A DNA stretch of 64,000 bases from Atractiella rhizophila. Its lineage: Eukaryota. The position numbers were made by a program, and so were the translations under genes. This document shows positions 10,796 through 23,383 of this stretch, piece after piece (the stretch's first letter is position 1; each line of letters begins with the position of its first letter). The notes below the pieces were generated by a model. That model worked only from the letters and a program-made list of their open reading frames with translations. It was not told the DNA's origin and ran no database searches. The DNA lies in contig MU271231.1 of assembly GCA_021432655.1 (NCBI GenBank), positions 62,001 through 126,000 on the forward strand, read 5' to 3'.

Positions 10796-13700
10796 TCACG
10801 GCATCTTAAACGATGACTTCCAACGCCACCATCCAGTCATCCCGGATTCTGCATCGATCTTCGCGATGCGGTCGAGGCAGTAAGACCACCTAAGACCAAC
10901 TGCCTAAATCCCCTGTGTTGACATAGAGCCCCTGAGCCTCCTTGAATCGCTCCAACGCTTGCTCACGCCTCCCGCATCGAAAATCGATCCTCCCCATAGA
11001 TTGGACGCAGTTTGCCCTCCCAACTGTACTCCCCATCAAGATGTACAGCTCTTCCGCCTCCTTGAATCGCCCCGGCGCTTCTTCGTTCCTCCCGCAAATA
11101 AAATCGATCCTCCCCATGGCTTGGACACAGTTTGCCCTCCCAACTGTACTCCCGGTCAAGATGTACAGCTGCTCCGCCTCCTTGAATCACTCTAGTGCTT
11201 CCTCGTTCCTCCCACATCGCGCATCGATTCTCCTCACGGATTGGACACAGTCTGCCCTCCCAAGTGTACCCCCTGTCACCATGTACAGTTCCTCCGCCTC
11301 CTTGAATCGCCCTAGTGCTTCCTCGTTCCTCCCGTATTCAAAATCGATCTCCCCTATAGATTCGAGGCAACCTGCTTTGTTTTCAATGTCTGTGCTATCC
11401 CTCATTGAGCTATGCAGCTGTTCTAAGGCTTCCTGAATATAACCTCGAAATTCAAATCCCCTTCCTAGGTACAACCACAAGCGGACTAACTCTGGGACAG
11501 ATAACTGCTGGTTGGATAAGGTTCTCTGTAGCAGTTGTGTTGTGTCGAACCCTTGGTAAAGCAAGGTATATGAGTTTGTCAAAAGGAACGCTGCAATTCT
11601 TCCACTCATATCTTGGACATGCAGCAAACTGTCAAAACAACCTGCTGTAAGTTCAAATATTCTTCCCTGAATTCAAGCAATGCATCCGGCTGCTTCGTCA
11701 CTTCGAATTGGTAGATTATTGCTTGCGCTTTGAGTAGTAGGCAGTTAGAGAGAGGTTGAAGGGAGTCTGGGACTCGCAGAGGGAAAGGGGCACTTGTTTC
11801 AAAACAAGTTCGTTGATGTGCCTTCGAACTGGGGCAAGCAGACGCAGGCGGTTTGAGGTTCTCTTCGTCGCAGGTACGTCATCTGCTAGTCCAACATTCA
11901 GAATGGCATCGATGGCACGATAATCTCCAGCAAGTAAGTCCTTCAGGTCGGCTCGTAGGAGACCATCTGGAAACCACGACAGAAATGATAAAGCAAGGAA
12001 GCTGCCCGGCTGTTCTCTGATAACTGGAGAAGCGAGAGAAAATCCAAGTGACATATCGAGTGTAGGAGTACCGTCTCTACCATCTGCGTTTTCTGAAAGA
12101 ACTGCACTAGCTTGGCGGTGCCAAAGATCTAGAAGATATGCCATGCTGGAAGATGGATCATGCTTGGCTCTGAGAGCAAAAAGGCGGATACAGAGAGGAT
12201 GGTAATCTAAGCACGATAAAATCTTTGATGTGACATCAGCATTTGTTGGGTCCCGACCACCTTCATAGAAGTGACAGAAGATATCCGTTGCTGCCGCCTT
12301 ATCCTTCTTCAGTGTGTCAATGACAACATGTACGAAAGCAGCGCTGTTCACGTCGATCCGTGGGGCATGATATCCACGCATGGTGAGCACGAGGACAGAA
12401 CCAACTCCAGGTTCGCCAACGAGAGCCTGAAAGAAATGTTGCATCCGTCCCGAATCTGAACCTGCAGGTGTCTCAAAATTATCCAGGATGAGAAGACATT
12501 TGTTGTTTTGAAAAAATTCAGCGACAGCCATCAAATCCATGATACCAAACTGGCGCGATAGAGCGAAGACCCGGCAACACAAATGGTTCTCAAGGCCAGC
12601 GAAGGAAGGGAAGGCGTCACAACGGACCCAAAAGCGTCGCTCGACAAGAAAATCTCCTTCTCGAACTATGTCATGTAACACGGAAAGCGCAATGGTCGAT
12701 TTCCCATTTCCGGCTAGATTGCTACATGGCGACCCCTCAGAACGGCCGTCTGCACCTCCTCGATCTCCTTCGTTCTTCCATAGCAAAGGCCGCGCGGTGG
12801 GAGAGGCTCCTTTTCATGAACTGCCACTCGATGAGGATGAGCTGCCAGCTTGTCGTGAGTCCAGGAACTGACTGGAGCAAAAATGCACCAAGAATGATAG
12901 ATTCTGCCACGGCCTTCGTTTCATAACCCATTCCACCCAAATAAGCTTTTGTCTGTCCCACAACATCCTTCATCCTTCCAAACTCGTCCCAATCCACACC
13001 CACCATCGTGTCAACGTTGAATCGATGGTAGTGATGGCCAACCCCGCGGCCTTGCATCTCGTTCTTCATTTCTCTGTCGATGCGGGAGCAGTCTTCCACA
13101 ATCTTTTTGAAGGTGTCGTCGACCTCGCTTGGCTTCCATCCCAAGTTTCACCGCAGGTCGAATGCCAACACCCAAGGAGAGGAAACAAATGACTTCAATC
13201 CCAACCCCCCAGATCCCTCTTTGCCTCTTTCGCAGCGAAAAAGGACGGATTATTGTTGCCAACAAGGACGTACGTGGTCTGGTCGAGAGTGACAGGAGGA
13301 AAGAATGCCGGTTCCGCAGATGTTGCTCTTGCAGCGTCTACAATAGAGCACTTGGTTGCGGATCCTCCAGCGAAGGCAACATTGTAAGTGCGCATCTCTA
13401 GGGGGACTACCGAATTGGCTTCGTACGTGGCGATGACAAAGGTTCGACACCGCTCTTCGATGTTAGGATCCGACATTGAATATGCCATCGATTCCAAAGA
13501 GGTAAAGATCGAACTTTCGGATGCAGGGATGTAATCTCTGACAATCCTCTCGAAAACTTCTTCAAGGGCTTTGTCAGAATAAGCAGGTGAGCTGCCTGTA
13601 CAAAGACTCTTCTCGCAGAAGACCCCCTTACGATTTCGTTAAACGCGTCCATGCACTCTCGGACGGTCATGCCCACTCGCCCGAGCATCAAAGCAATCCA

Positions 13701-14141
13701 CCCTCCAGTCGATGTACCGCAGATGAGGTCGAAGAATTGACATGGTCGAAGGGTTCCAGGATCTGGCTTCCCAGGAAGGAGATTGGCGACTTGCTCCATA
13801 ACGGCCTCGAGCATATAAAGGCAAGAGAAAGCGCAAACACCTCCATTGTCGAACGAGAGGATGCGGAGACCTTTGCTATTAACTTTCTTGATATCCACAA
13901 GCCGTTTGTGCAGGTCAGGGTCGATCATCCCGTCTCCAATGCAGTTTCACGTGGCCGGCAAAGGGTTTGACTGCTTCGATGGAGGAACAGTTGGCTGCGT
14001 AACGCGGGGGACGACGGTTGTGATGGTTGTGCTTTCAGTCGCGGATTGTTTAATTGGTTCAGAACTGAACCTGTCAGGTTTTTCAGCCTCTTCTGTGTCA
14101 CGGTCAATGTCGGAAGATGTTATGTTGGTGGCAGCCTACAT
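10796..14141 (-). pseudogene. NLR-like gene 1: patatin-like domain + STAND (NB-ARC-like) NTPase + TPR repeats
   Basis: Patatin: RILSFDNGG, FDLICGTSTGG, AARATSAEP.FF, GNNNP. A 47-bp intron (12842-12888) follows. NTPase: P-loop ...AGNGKST with an approximately 7-bp deletion near 12715, FWVRCD, Walker B LLILDNFETP, YHPLCIRLFA. Four 120-bp TPR units at the C-terminus. In-frame stops at 14136, 13947 and 11187, plus several frameshifts. Confidence 0.9.
10900..11380 (-). repeat. Four tandem 120-bp (40-aa) TPR-coding units of NLR 1
   Basis: CCTCCTTGAATC recurs at 10937, 11057, 11177 and 11297. Consensus GRANCVQSMGRIDFRCGRNEEALERFKEAEELY. Confidence 0.95.
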
Positions 14142-14859
14142 TCCTCGAAAGGTTCTCTGTGACTTGTGACTGTCCACTATTTAAGAACCGATGTTCAATA
14201 CATTATTCACTCCACAACAACACAGGACTGTAGCGTACAACCTTTCGTCATCACAAGGGAGCATTGTACGCGACCAAAACCTCATTCTCAGAGAGGACTC
14301 CGTCAGGTTACAGTTTCAGAAAAGCTCTTAACGAGGAAGTCAAGAGTCTACATACAACCAACTTAGGGATTCGGCAGGAAGGGTCAGATGCCATAGGCTG
14401 CAGATGAAGGAATGTGAAGAGTTGAAATACGTTTGACATCTCCCTGGGTAGACAAGGGTAACAAACGCCTCTATGCTTTTGCCGAGGTCCAATGTTCGAA
14501 GGACTGGCGGTGCTATGGAGCGCTTGCTGGGTAACAGGACGGGGGATGGGGCCAAAGCCAAATGTACCAATATCACTCTACTCAGACCCATCTAGCTACC
14601 ATGCTTGTTCCCACTGTACCAACTTGACATCCCCCAAACCAGTGTATTAGCACCTTCGGCAGTATCCCAATTGTCAGTCTATTTAGGAATGCAAAAGGTT
14701 TTCCTCTCTTTCACCACAAATGGGCTTCGATATTGCTCTCGTTTTCGTCGTTCGGGAGATTCGAACGCCCATTGTTGATCCACATTGATCAGATAAAGTA
14801 TCTCATGGCTTTGTCCAACTTCTTTCTCTTTGTTTTATTTTGTGAAGAACATTATATCG

Positions 14860-15225
14860 CTATTCGATTTGCAGGGCTGAGAAGGAAACCGTCAGCTCAT
14901 CAGTGCCTTCTCCTTCTGAGGGGCGACAACAGTAAACTCCAACTTCCACCAAAGCATCCTGCTCCCCAAACGCCCAAGTGACTTCTCTGACACCTGACCT
15001 CTTCCCATCCTCTCCAACGATGTACACCCAGAGCGCCACTCCCTTCCTATCGATTTCAATCGTCACTCTGCTGGTGCTGATGGGTACAAGAGACCAGTCA
15101 GATGTCACCGCACCGCCAGCTGGTGTTGCAACCGTTTGACGGCTATCGTAGACTTCGATGCCTGTTTTGATCCAAGCCGGTGTATCCGTTCCATCAGGGA
15201 AGAGCAACACAAGTCCGCCCTACTC
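14860..15225 (-). CDS. DUF1349-like (beta-sandwich) protein, C-terminal part
   Basis: GGLVLLF...WIKTGIE...DWSL...LWVY...REVTWAF...VGVYCCRP matches the fungal DUF1349 pattern. N-terminal exons were not identified. Confidence 0.65.
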
Positions 15226-15332
15226 CGATCTACAGGAGACAGCAAAAGAAGCGGCATCTCATAAGTCCAGCCAAGTCCAAAGCTGGCCATTTAGCTCCGC
15301 CTTCAGCGCATTGGAGATGAGCTCATTCACAC

Positions 15333-18300
15333 TCAGCTCAAAACTTCGAATTCAAACCCTCCTCTGGTGACTTCCTCAACACGTCTCTCCCAATCCCCAA
15401 CACCTTCATCACCTTCATCACCTCTTCCACTCCCCCATTTTTTCTGCCCTCCGACTCCATACACCTCGCTACGGCCGAATGATTGAGCGGCACGATTTAA
15501 CGCGATACACCGCCACACCTTTTGAGCTTCTACCCCTAGGTGGGTTATGATGATGCCCTGCAAGCGGAAGAGTAGAAAGACAGTAGGTGGGGATGTGCTT
15601 CCGCTCTCAGCACCACTGCGATGCTCATCCTTTCCTCTTGAGGATATCCATACAGCTTAAAATATCCCCTCTTGCCCACGAAACACCGTTTTCAGTGTCC
15701 CTCCATGTCCTCCCTCTGCCGCATCCGACCTGACCAGTCCTTCTGCTCCAGAAGCTCTATTTGGATAAAACAGAAGGAGGAACGAGAGGGATTGGAGGTG
15801 TGGCATCCACTCCGCGCAGCGAGACCCCTTCGAACGCGCATTCCAACGATTTGAATGAGCTTTATGTTGTTCTTAGGAACAAGGAGTTACGTTATCGTTC
15901 AGGTGTGATGCTCTCGATCAGGTCTCTCAATCGTTCGCAATGTTCGGTGGGGAAAGCGTCATTATAGACATCGCAACCGACGACGACAACCTCTCCCTCC
16001 TCCTTTTCCTCGATCCAAAACTCCTGATAAGACCCCACCCTCCTCTCCGCTCCCCTCAGCTCGATCTCCCTAGCTCCATCCATCTTCCCTGGTGCCCTCG
16101 TCTCCAAAACACCAACAACAGGCAGCTTCAGATTCGTACCCTCCCTCGTGTCCGCCTTCGCCTTCGGTACCCTTGCATGAGAGATCCACACCGCACCCTC
16201 GCTACACCTGAGCAACACCGCTCCTCCCCTTTCCCGACAATCTCTCCCGGTGCCGTGTTTCTCACCATCCCTTCGAAAGAGGACGGCGAGGGTTCGACTA
16301 TACCACCGTACAGGAGCATGGCGGGAACTAGCGCCTTGCTCAAGACTCCAGGTTGGGAGTCGGACGCGCGAAGCTGACGGGAGACGGAGGAGGCGGTCTC
16401 TATGACAGGGTTGAAGTCCCTCTCTGCCGGTTTGAGGAGGGGACGGCTGTTGATGGGTCCGTTTCCTGATCCTGGACCGGAGGAGAATGAAAAAGAGAAG
16501 CTAGAGGGAGGAGGGGAGGTGCGGTGAGGTGCGGAGAGAGAGGGAGATAGTGCCATCAGTCGCTCCTGCCATAGCTTGCACCCTGATCCATACTTCCGGA
16601 ACTGGTTTGCCAGTGATCAAATGTTGAATTTCTGTCCTCTTTCCAGGAGATACTCAAAAATGAGGTCCAACAGCTCAATGGGCAATGCAAGAATGGATGA
16701 AGCAGTCAGAACTAGGTGTTGTTGCTGAGTTGGAGGAGGTTTGTTTTCCTTTGGGAGAACAGGCTCAAGGGGTGGAGGAGGATGTTGTCCTTGCACCTGA
16801 ACCTGCTTGTTGTGCAGCAACCACAAGTTTCCTCCTATGGCAGAAGAAGATCCTGGATGTGGCACTTTGGTGATTGCTTTGAGCCAAAGCTCCTCAAAAG
16901 GGTTCAGCACACTTGTGTACTGAGTCTTGACATGATTGACGGTTGCATGGAGCGTTGAGGATCTGAAGGATTGATCTGCAAGCCCACTGCCTGCGCAACC
17001 GTTGGCCACTGATTCTTCTGCGTTGTAGAGAGGGAACCACTGTGCGTTAGGACCGCCTAGAACAAACGGAAGTGATCAATCCTCTTCCCATCGATGAAGA
17101 GACCTCCCGTGATGGGAGTATTCCTGTGCTTCATCCAATCTTGAAAGGCCCAGCGAAATGTGTCTGGACGCAGCTGGGTCTGAACGAGCTTCATTGGAAT
17201 CTCGGGCTGAGTGTTAGATGCTCCCGTGCGGGCAGGAGTCAGGTCGAAGTTTTGATTGTTGTTCGTTCCACCAAAATAATTCATCTCGCTGCCGTAAGCA
17301 GGAGTAATTTCCTGTACAGGCAGAAAGGAAAAGTTGGTAAAGATTCAGAACCGATCAATGCTAAACATTCCTTTGCTCCTGGCAGCAGACCCGTCGCCCC
17401 CTCCATTCATCCCTCCTCCTCCTCCGAAACCCAGACCCAAAATTCGAGCGTGGGCTCGGCGTTGGCGTCTTCCTCAGGCTGTGGTTCAAGAAATGCTGAA
17501 GGATCGTTGTTATTCCCATTCGAACTCGATCCAGGGGCAGAAGGTCCAACAGAAGGCACTCTGACTCTGAATCCCTCGAGCGCGCTGTTCGCGATACTGT
17601 GGGGCATGGAGGAGGATGCGGAGGTGGCGCCGTTGGTGTGGCTGAGAGCGGAATGGGACAGAAGCATGGAGTTGACGAGTTGTTGAAGGAGTCTAAGGAG
17701 CCTGAGGAGGGGGGAAGGAGGGATGTGGATGGAGGTGGATGGACGGGTGGGATGGGGAGACAAGTGGCGTGCTGGAGACGAACCATGTGAAGTGGACACT
17801 CCATTGCTGCATCCAATCAAGCCAGGTCAGATCGTCCATGTAGCGTTTAAACGACTCACGATTTTTTTCTCGAACACCCCTTCCTCGTTCCTGCGCACGG
17901 GACACATTTATCGATACCAGTGATCCAGTAACATTTTACCCCTTCCGAGTGGCACCTGGAACACGTCAAATTGTTCGGATCGAGAGATTTAGCCGTCGAC
18001 CAGGAGGAAGAGGCATAAGCACCTCCTGAGCACGATGCTCCAGTTGAAAATCTGAGGGGCAAATCGAGGGAAGTGGAAGACCTCTTTATTGGATCAGAGG
18101 GCTGGCTGGGTGATAGATGGGACAGCATAAGATTAGTGGACGTCGAGGGACCAGCTCCGGTGAGTGAAGGGATGGAGGATAAGCCAGGTGGAGATTGGGA
18201 AGAACCTCCCGCTTTCAGCATCTCTCTCAGATCAAGGTTTAGACGGAGGAGGGTTTCTCATGTCCTGCTGTCATACCTGACTTGGTTGTCCGCTCCCACT

Positions 18301-18450
18301 TCCACCCAAACCCATGCTCAAAGCCGAACCAGCGCTCGGTCCAGCCCCTCCTCGGGACCGGACACTCCCAATCCCGCCAATCCACCCATGTCGAGCGTAC
18401 GATTACTAGTTGAAGTCATAGACGAGGCTCCCAAGCCCATCGACATCCCT
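15333..18450 (-). CDS. Multi-exon low-complexity protein(s) with a Zn2Cys6-like cluster and an F-box-like motif; structure unresolved
   Basis: CSRCHSEGVKCYWITGIDKCVPCAGTRKGC (about 17870-17965) and ILALPIELLDLIFEYL (about 16645-16695), with Ser/Pro-rich linkers in co-oriented ORFs. Confidence 0.45.
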
Positions 18451-18589
18451 CCAAGTCCCCCTCTTCCCCCACCACTACCACCAGCTGCGAGGTCAGGGAG
18501 GATGTTACCGAAGAGTGCAGAGGGTGGGGGGAGAGAACCAAAAACCCTTGAGCTCCACCGGCAGATTTGTTTCGCCCTTCACTTCAGTT

Positions 18590-19534
18590 TCAGCGACACC
18601 ATGCGAGACAATCAGGGAGGCTGTCCAGCTGACGATGTAGAGCACATCCTGTGGCGGCAAGGACGATCCCAGCGGTGGCGAACAGCCGCCTGGTGCTTTC
18701 CGGAATGTCGGGGTGGGAAGCCACAGAGGCTGCGACAGCTCCACAGGCAACAAAAAGTGCCGAGTAGCGCTTGAGGGAGGTGACTGTTCTGGTGAAATTA
18801 GAGCGAGGACGAGGATGAGTTTCCATTAGCTGACTCTGTGGATAGACTTCGAGAATGAGTCGTCGTATTTTGATCTCCAAGACTTCGACGAGGATCCCAG
18901 AAGTGAAGAAAAGGCATGATACGGATGATATGACCGTACCAGTGACAGCGAAGCCGCTCCTGACTTGGATGGGAATGGTAGGATTCACAGCGATGGAAGC
19001 CGCAAGAGCTGAGAGCCCCAAGGAAGGATTCGAAGCCTTCCTCAACTCTCGCAACTGCCTCGCGAAGTAGGTTAACCGCAAATACATAGCATAACGTCTT
19101 GAAGCATCGCGGTTCCGGGCCACCCTCCCAAAGCTGTCAAGTTGGACACGCGGACGACGCTCCAGCAGTTCAAGTCGTAGTTCCAGCGAGAAAGTGAGAC
19201 TGCGATGCACTAGATAATACCGTCCTTCCACGTCACGATCCAGATAGAACGTGTCTGTTATATCTCCTCTTGCAACTAAGTCGTGGCTTGGGTCCTCACA
19301 TACAGCTAGGAACGAAGACGCAAGTCGAAGATTCGCGCCCTCGAACTTCGTAGAAAGGACCCTGAGTTCAAACCGCACAAGAGGATAAGTGTAATTGTCA
19401 TATATTCGTGAGACTGCATGGGTTGCAGAACTCTCGCTCTCGTCCTTGAAGCTGATGTTCCACAACGATTCCTGTGTCTGTGTCATGGAAGGATTGGTCG
19501 GGGAATGGTACGACAAAAACTCCTCCTTAGTCAT
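18590..19534 (-). CDS. Hypothetical membrane protein with two related hydrophobic hairpins
   Basis: Uninterrupted 348-codon ORF (likely ATG at 19534). Internal repeats LSALAASIAVNPTIPIQVRSGFAVTGTVISSVSC and CGAVAASVASHPDIPESTRRLFATAGIVLAATGC. Confidence 0.6.
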   Translation of the reverse strand: MTKEEFLSYHSPTNPSMTQTQESLWNISFKDESESSATHAVSRIYDNYTYPLVRFELRVLSTKFEGANLRLASSFLAVCEDPSHDLVARGDITDTFYLDRDVEGRYYLVHRSLTFSLELRLELLERRPRVQLDSFGRVARNRDASRRYAMYLRLTYFARQLRELRKASNPSLGLSALAASIAVNPTIPIQVRSGFAVTGTVISSVSCLFFTSGILVEVLEIKIRRLILEVYPQSQLMETHPRPRSNFTRTVTSLKRYSALFVACGAVAASVASHPDIPESTRRLFATAGIVLAATGCALHRQLDSLPDCLAWCR

Positions 19535-20444
19535 TGCGTGTCCATCCCGTCCCAGACAAGCTAGCAAACTCACAGTGAGTGACGCTCGAAATTGATTGAA
19601 ATGACATTTATAACATACACAAGGTATTTTCTGCAATATTCCGTGGTGTCAAGAAAGTTGGCGATGGAGGAGTCCTGGTCAAGGCCGTCGAGCTAGAGGT
19701 GGCCGCAGATTCCTCCTCCGTTGTGACCTCTCTGGGATGTTGTGATGGTGGCATTGGGGATTGAAAGCGAATTGAGGGAATTATCTCCGCTTAAGGGCGG
19801 TGTAACAAGGCTAGCCTTCTGTCAACGTCTTTCCCCTTGCTGATGACTGTTGAATTCAACAAACTCCAACAAAGAATTACACCTACAAAGATGTGGCGAG
19901 GCCAAGGAGTTGGAGAGGGGAATAGTTGAGTTGATGGTGGTGAGGGAAAAAATAGAGGATGACGAAGCCCTTTCTTCGGCGGTGATCACATGAGGCGCAC
20001 AGGAGTAACAGCAGGGGTACATCATCAATGGAATTCAGATGAACTCCATCGCAATGTTTTGGGGTGAGATTGGCCTAACAGGGATAGTGAGGAAAGCAGA
20101 CAATGATAGATTGGACTGGAGTTCTCGGCAAACTGGTCGCCCCGAGGGTTTTGCGCTCAATTTCGTGGAGATTTGCGCCGCATCGGGCTGCAAACACAAA
20201 AGTGGTCAACATCGAATATTATGGAATGCAAAAACGTAGTAATGATTAATGATTCATCATGGACATAATTTAGACCGATCCAGTGTCTATGAAAAGGAAT
20301 GTTTCTGTCTCTGAAGCAAAAAATAAATAAATAAATAAAGATATGGGTATGTCGAAACTTGAAATGTGATCGCACCTTCCGACATCAATACCCAATGTGT
20401 TTTCCTGTTAAGTCGCTTGAACGCAACGTATATGATGCTGTTGT

Positions 20445-20975
20445 TGCCCTGTATAACATGTAATAACGATGAGTGAACATTAAAAAAGCGGAGGACAAAA
20501 CACACACCTCATATACATCAAAAATGCAATTCCACATTGCTTCGCCATTATCTATCGTATTTTAGACGTGAGTAGCGCGAATGGGAGGCCTGAGATGTAG
20601 ATTCAACGACGTATAATGTGTATTGAGAACGAGCAAATATTAAAAAAGCGGAGGACAAAATACGCGCCTCATAAACATCAAAAAACGCAATTCCTCATTG
20701 CTTCGCCATTATCCATTGTTTTTTAGACGTGAGAGCGAGGAGCGATGGGCTTGGGGGCTAGATATTACTATGTATAATGCGTAATAAGAGTGAGCAAACA
20801 TCAAAAAAAAGCGAAGGAAAAAATACGCACCCCATATATGTCAAACATATGATTCCATATTACTTCGCCATTATCCATCGTATCTCAGGCGTGAGTACAT
20901 CGAATGCGAGGCCGGAGAGCTAGCTATCACGATGTATAAGGATTATTAGTATTGAGGGGATATTAACAAAGCAGA
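20445..20975. repeat. AT-rich tandem repeat, about 161-bp unit, about 3.2 copies
   Basis: AAAAAAGCG.AGGA.AAAA.AC.C.CC.CATA...CTTCGCCATTATC.AT.GT...AG.CGTGAG recurs at about 20482, 20642 and 20805. Confidence 0.85.
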
Positions 20976-21520
20976 GCATCAACTCACATTATATTTACAT
21001 TGTCTGACTCCGCAACAGTGCATTCAGTCCTCTTGCAACTGCAGCTGTAATTGATCAAATAAAAGCTCAAAATTTGCCTTTGCTTTAGAATAGTTGACGT
21101 AATCTTTATAAAAATTTCAAAAGTGGAGGCTAATGCATTATTTGTCCCAGACTGAAAATCACAAAAGATATCCATTCGCATCTGACTACTCACTAAGTGA
21201 ACCACTACTTTCTCTTCCCTGCTTCAATATGCAACCTTTCTTTTGTCAAAACCCAGTCCATCTTTTCCTCTACCCATGTCATTGCCATTCGCATGTTGAC
21301 CATCTCCACCGATTGATCAACATCTGGCACTTTCCCATCCTTGATATCCGTGAAAAACTTCTTTACCGCATTCTCGTCTATGCTCCACTTCCCCAACATA
21401 TTCTTGCAGAGTGGGACATTGCGTAAGTTGGTCTTGGGCAGTGGGGACGGAACTTTGGACCAATGCATAAAGTTGTCGTCACAGACATTGCGCTTGTGGT
21501 TGTTTGTATTCTTCTCACCA

Positions 21521-23383
21521 CAAGTGTGTCAGTGCCCTCGTCCCTCGGGCATCCCCCCCCGTCAGGGGCCTCGCCCCTTGGACCCCAGCCTCCGGCGGCC
21601 ACTGCGTGGAGCTCTTGCCTGTGGCAGCCACTGCGTGGGGCCTTGCCTTCGGCGAGCACAGACTCACCATATGTACTCTACTATCTTCAAAAAACAATGA
21701 AAGCTAAGTGGTCTCCTCGTACCTCAGAGAACTACTTCAGCTTTTGACTATACTGTTAGGAACATGCTGAGAGATGATCAATGATTGAGTACTTGTAACA
21801 CTTCCTTGTAAACTACATAATCTGTTTGCTTGTTTTCTTCTCCTTGCTTTGTTTTGACCAATACTCGTAAATTGTTTGCGTTTGAAACCCGCGAAAGACC
21901 AACATAAAGCTGCAATTGAGAGAAAGGAGAAGACTCTAAGTACAAACCCACATGTCCAACAGATTGTCCTTGCGCTTTATTCAGAGTTAAGGCAAACGCT
22001 GAGTGCACAGGGAATTGAAAGCACCAGAATTGAAAAGAAAGCTGGTTTGATACTGCACTGTCAATGCAGATTCGAGGAATGAGAACTGATTCGCCACTGT
22101 GTGCACCTGTAATGATGGTTGCTTCAATGACTCGTCGGAGAAGCTGAGTGACAATGAGCCACGTGCCGTTGCACAGGCCAGCAGATGGATTGAGATTTCG
22201 CAGAAGAATGATCGGTGCACCGGTCTTGAGGTGTAAACGATGCGAAGGGAATCCAGAGATCTCCAGGGTATTCAGGTACTCAACAGAGAAGCAATTTCTG
22301 AGATCTCCCTCGTCATCTATAATTTGATCTGTACTATAATATACCCGATCTCCTATGGATTCGAGCCACTGAATCAAGCGATCGTTGATGCCATCCACAT
22401 GATATGGGCATGTGGTAGACCTCTCTTCTGACATTCAATGACCCAGACATATCTGATAAACCCTTCCAAAGATCTGTCATACCACAAAATCCTTGATGTA
22501 CTCCAGAGCCTTCAGTCGAAAAACCCTTGAAACCAAATCTGGTCCATCCTCTGGTTTTTGTCCTGGTAGGAGGGCTTCTATGATCTCTGCCCAGTGTGGG
22601 TTGCAAGTGAAGGTTGTAAAGATATTTGGGGGTCCTTTGGCACCAACTATACCCATTGCATCCTGGAACAGCTGATTCATTGAACGTGGACTGCCAGTGA
22701 AACTTGATGGTAATATAGTCCGCCTCCCATATCTTCTAAAGAATAGCCTTCTGCAAGGGCATCTGTAAGACCTTGATACACCTCGGCTCGAAGAATAGAC
22801 TGATTGAACCACACATAGCGGAGTCAATTCGCCTCAATTTGAGCATAAGCATCGACTACCAATTCTTGCAGTAGCCGACCACCGTAGAGAGGGAGTGAGA
22901 ATATATCATTTCGTTGATGCAACATGTAAGAATAGAACGCCATTTGGCTCACATGTTGTCAAACCTCAGAATTACCAACTTGCATGCTGTCATCATTGAA
23001 GTGCTCTCGCTCGCGAGGAGGAAGATCTGCAGGCAGGTCTCAATACGGAATCTGCAGATGCCATCCTTGGTCCCCATATAGAAACAGAAGAGGAAAACAA
23101 AGTGGAAGATAATTTGAGTGAGCTCATTCACATGCTGTAAGTTGCTACCAATCGTGGTTGCCCTGAGCTGGATGACAATATCTCTGGCCACTCCATATTC
23201 TTCTCTGTTACTGTCTCCTACCATCACTACAGCAACTTCACTGGCTACAGGAATGTTGTAGCGTCTTGGGTCCCTATCTCGTGGGGCGAGTGTGCAAAGA
23301 TGTAGTGTTGCAGTGGGATCCTGTTCCATTCTTTCTTTTGCAAATTTGTAGATCCTGGGGTATGGGTTGACACGGAAGAGCAT
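21521..23383 (-). mobile_element. Helitron copy 1 (5'-truncated, internally deleted Rep-helicase pseudogene)
   Basis: Motifs RYNIPVASEVAVV, LPSSFTGSPRSM, IFTTFTCNPHWAEI, PDLVSRVF, GLPHAHI, PIILLRNLNPSAGLCNG, AFALTLNKAQGQS, QLYVGLSR. 3' hairpin followed by CTTG|T at 21521. Near-identical to 56471-58340. Confidence 0.92.

Noticed and set aside
10942..11436. Plus-strand ORFs over the TPR arrays (also 28917-29228)
   Set aside because: Antisense shadows of the repeat-coding strand.
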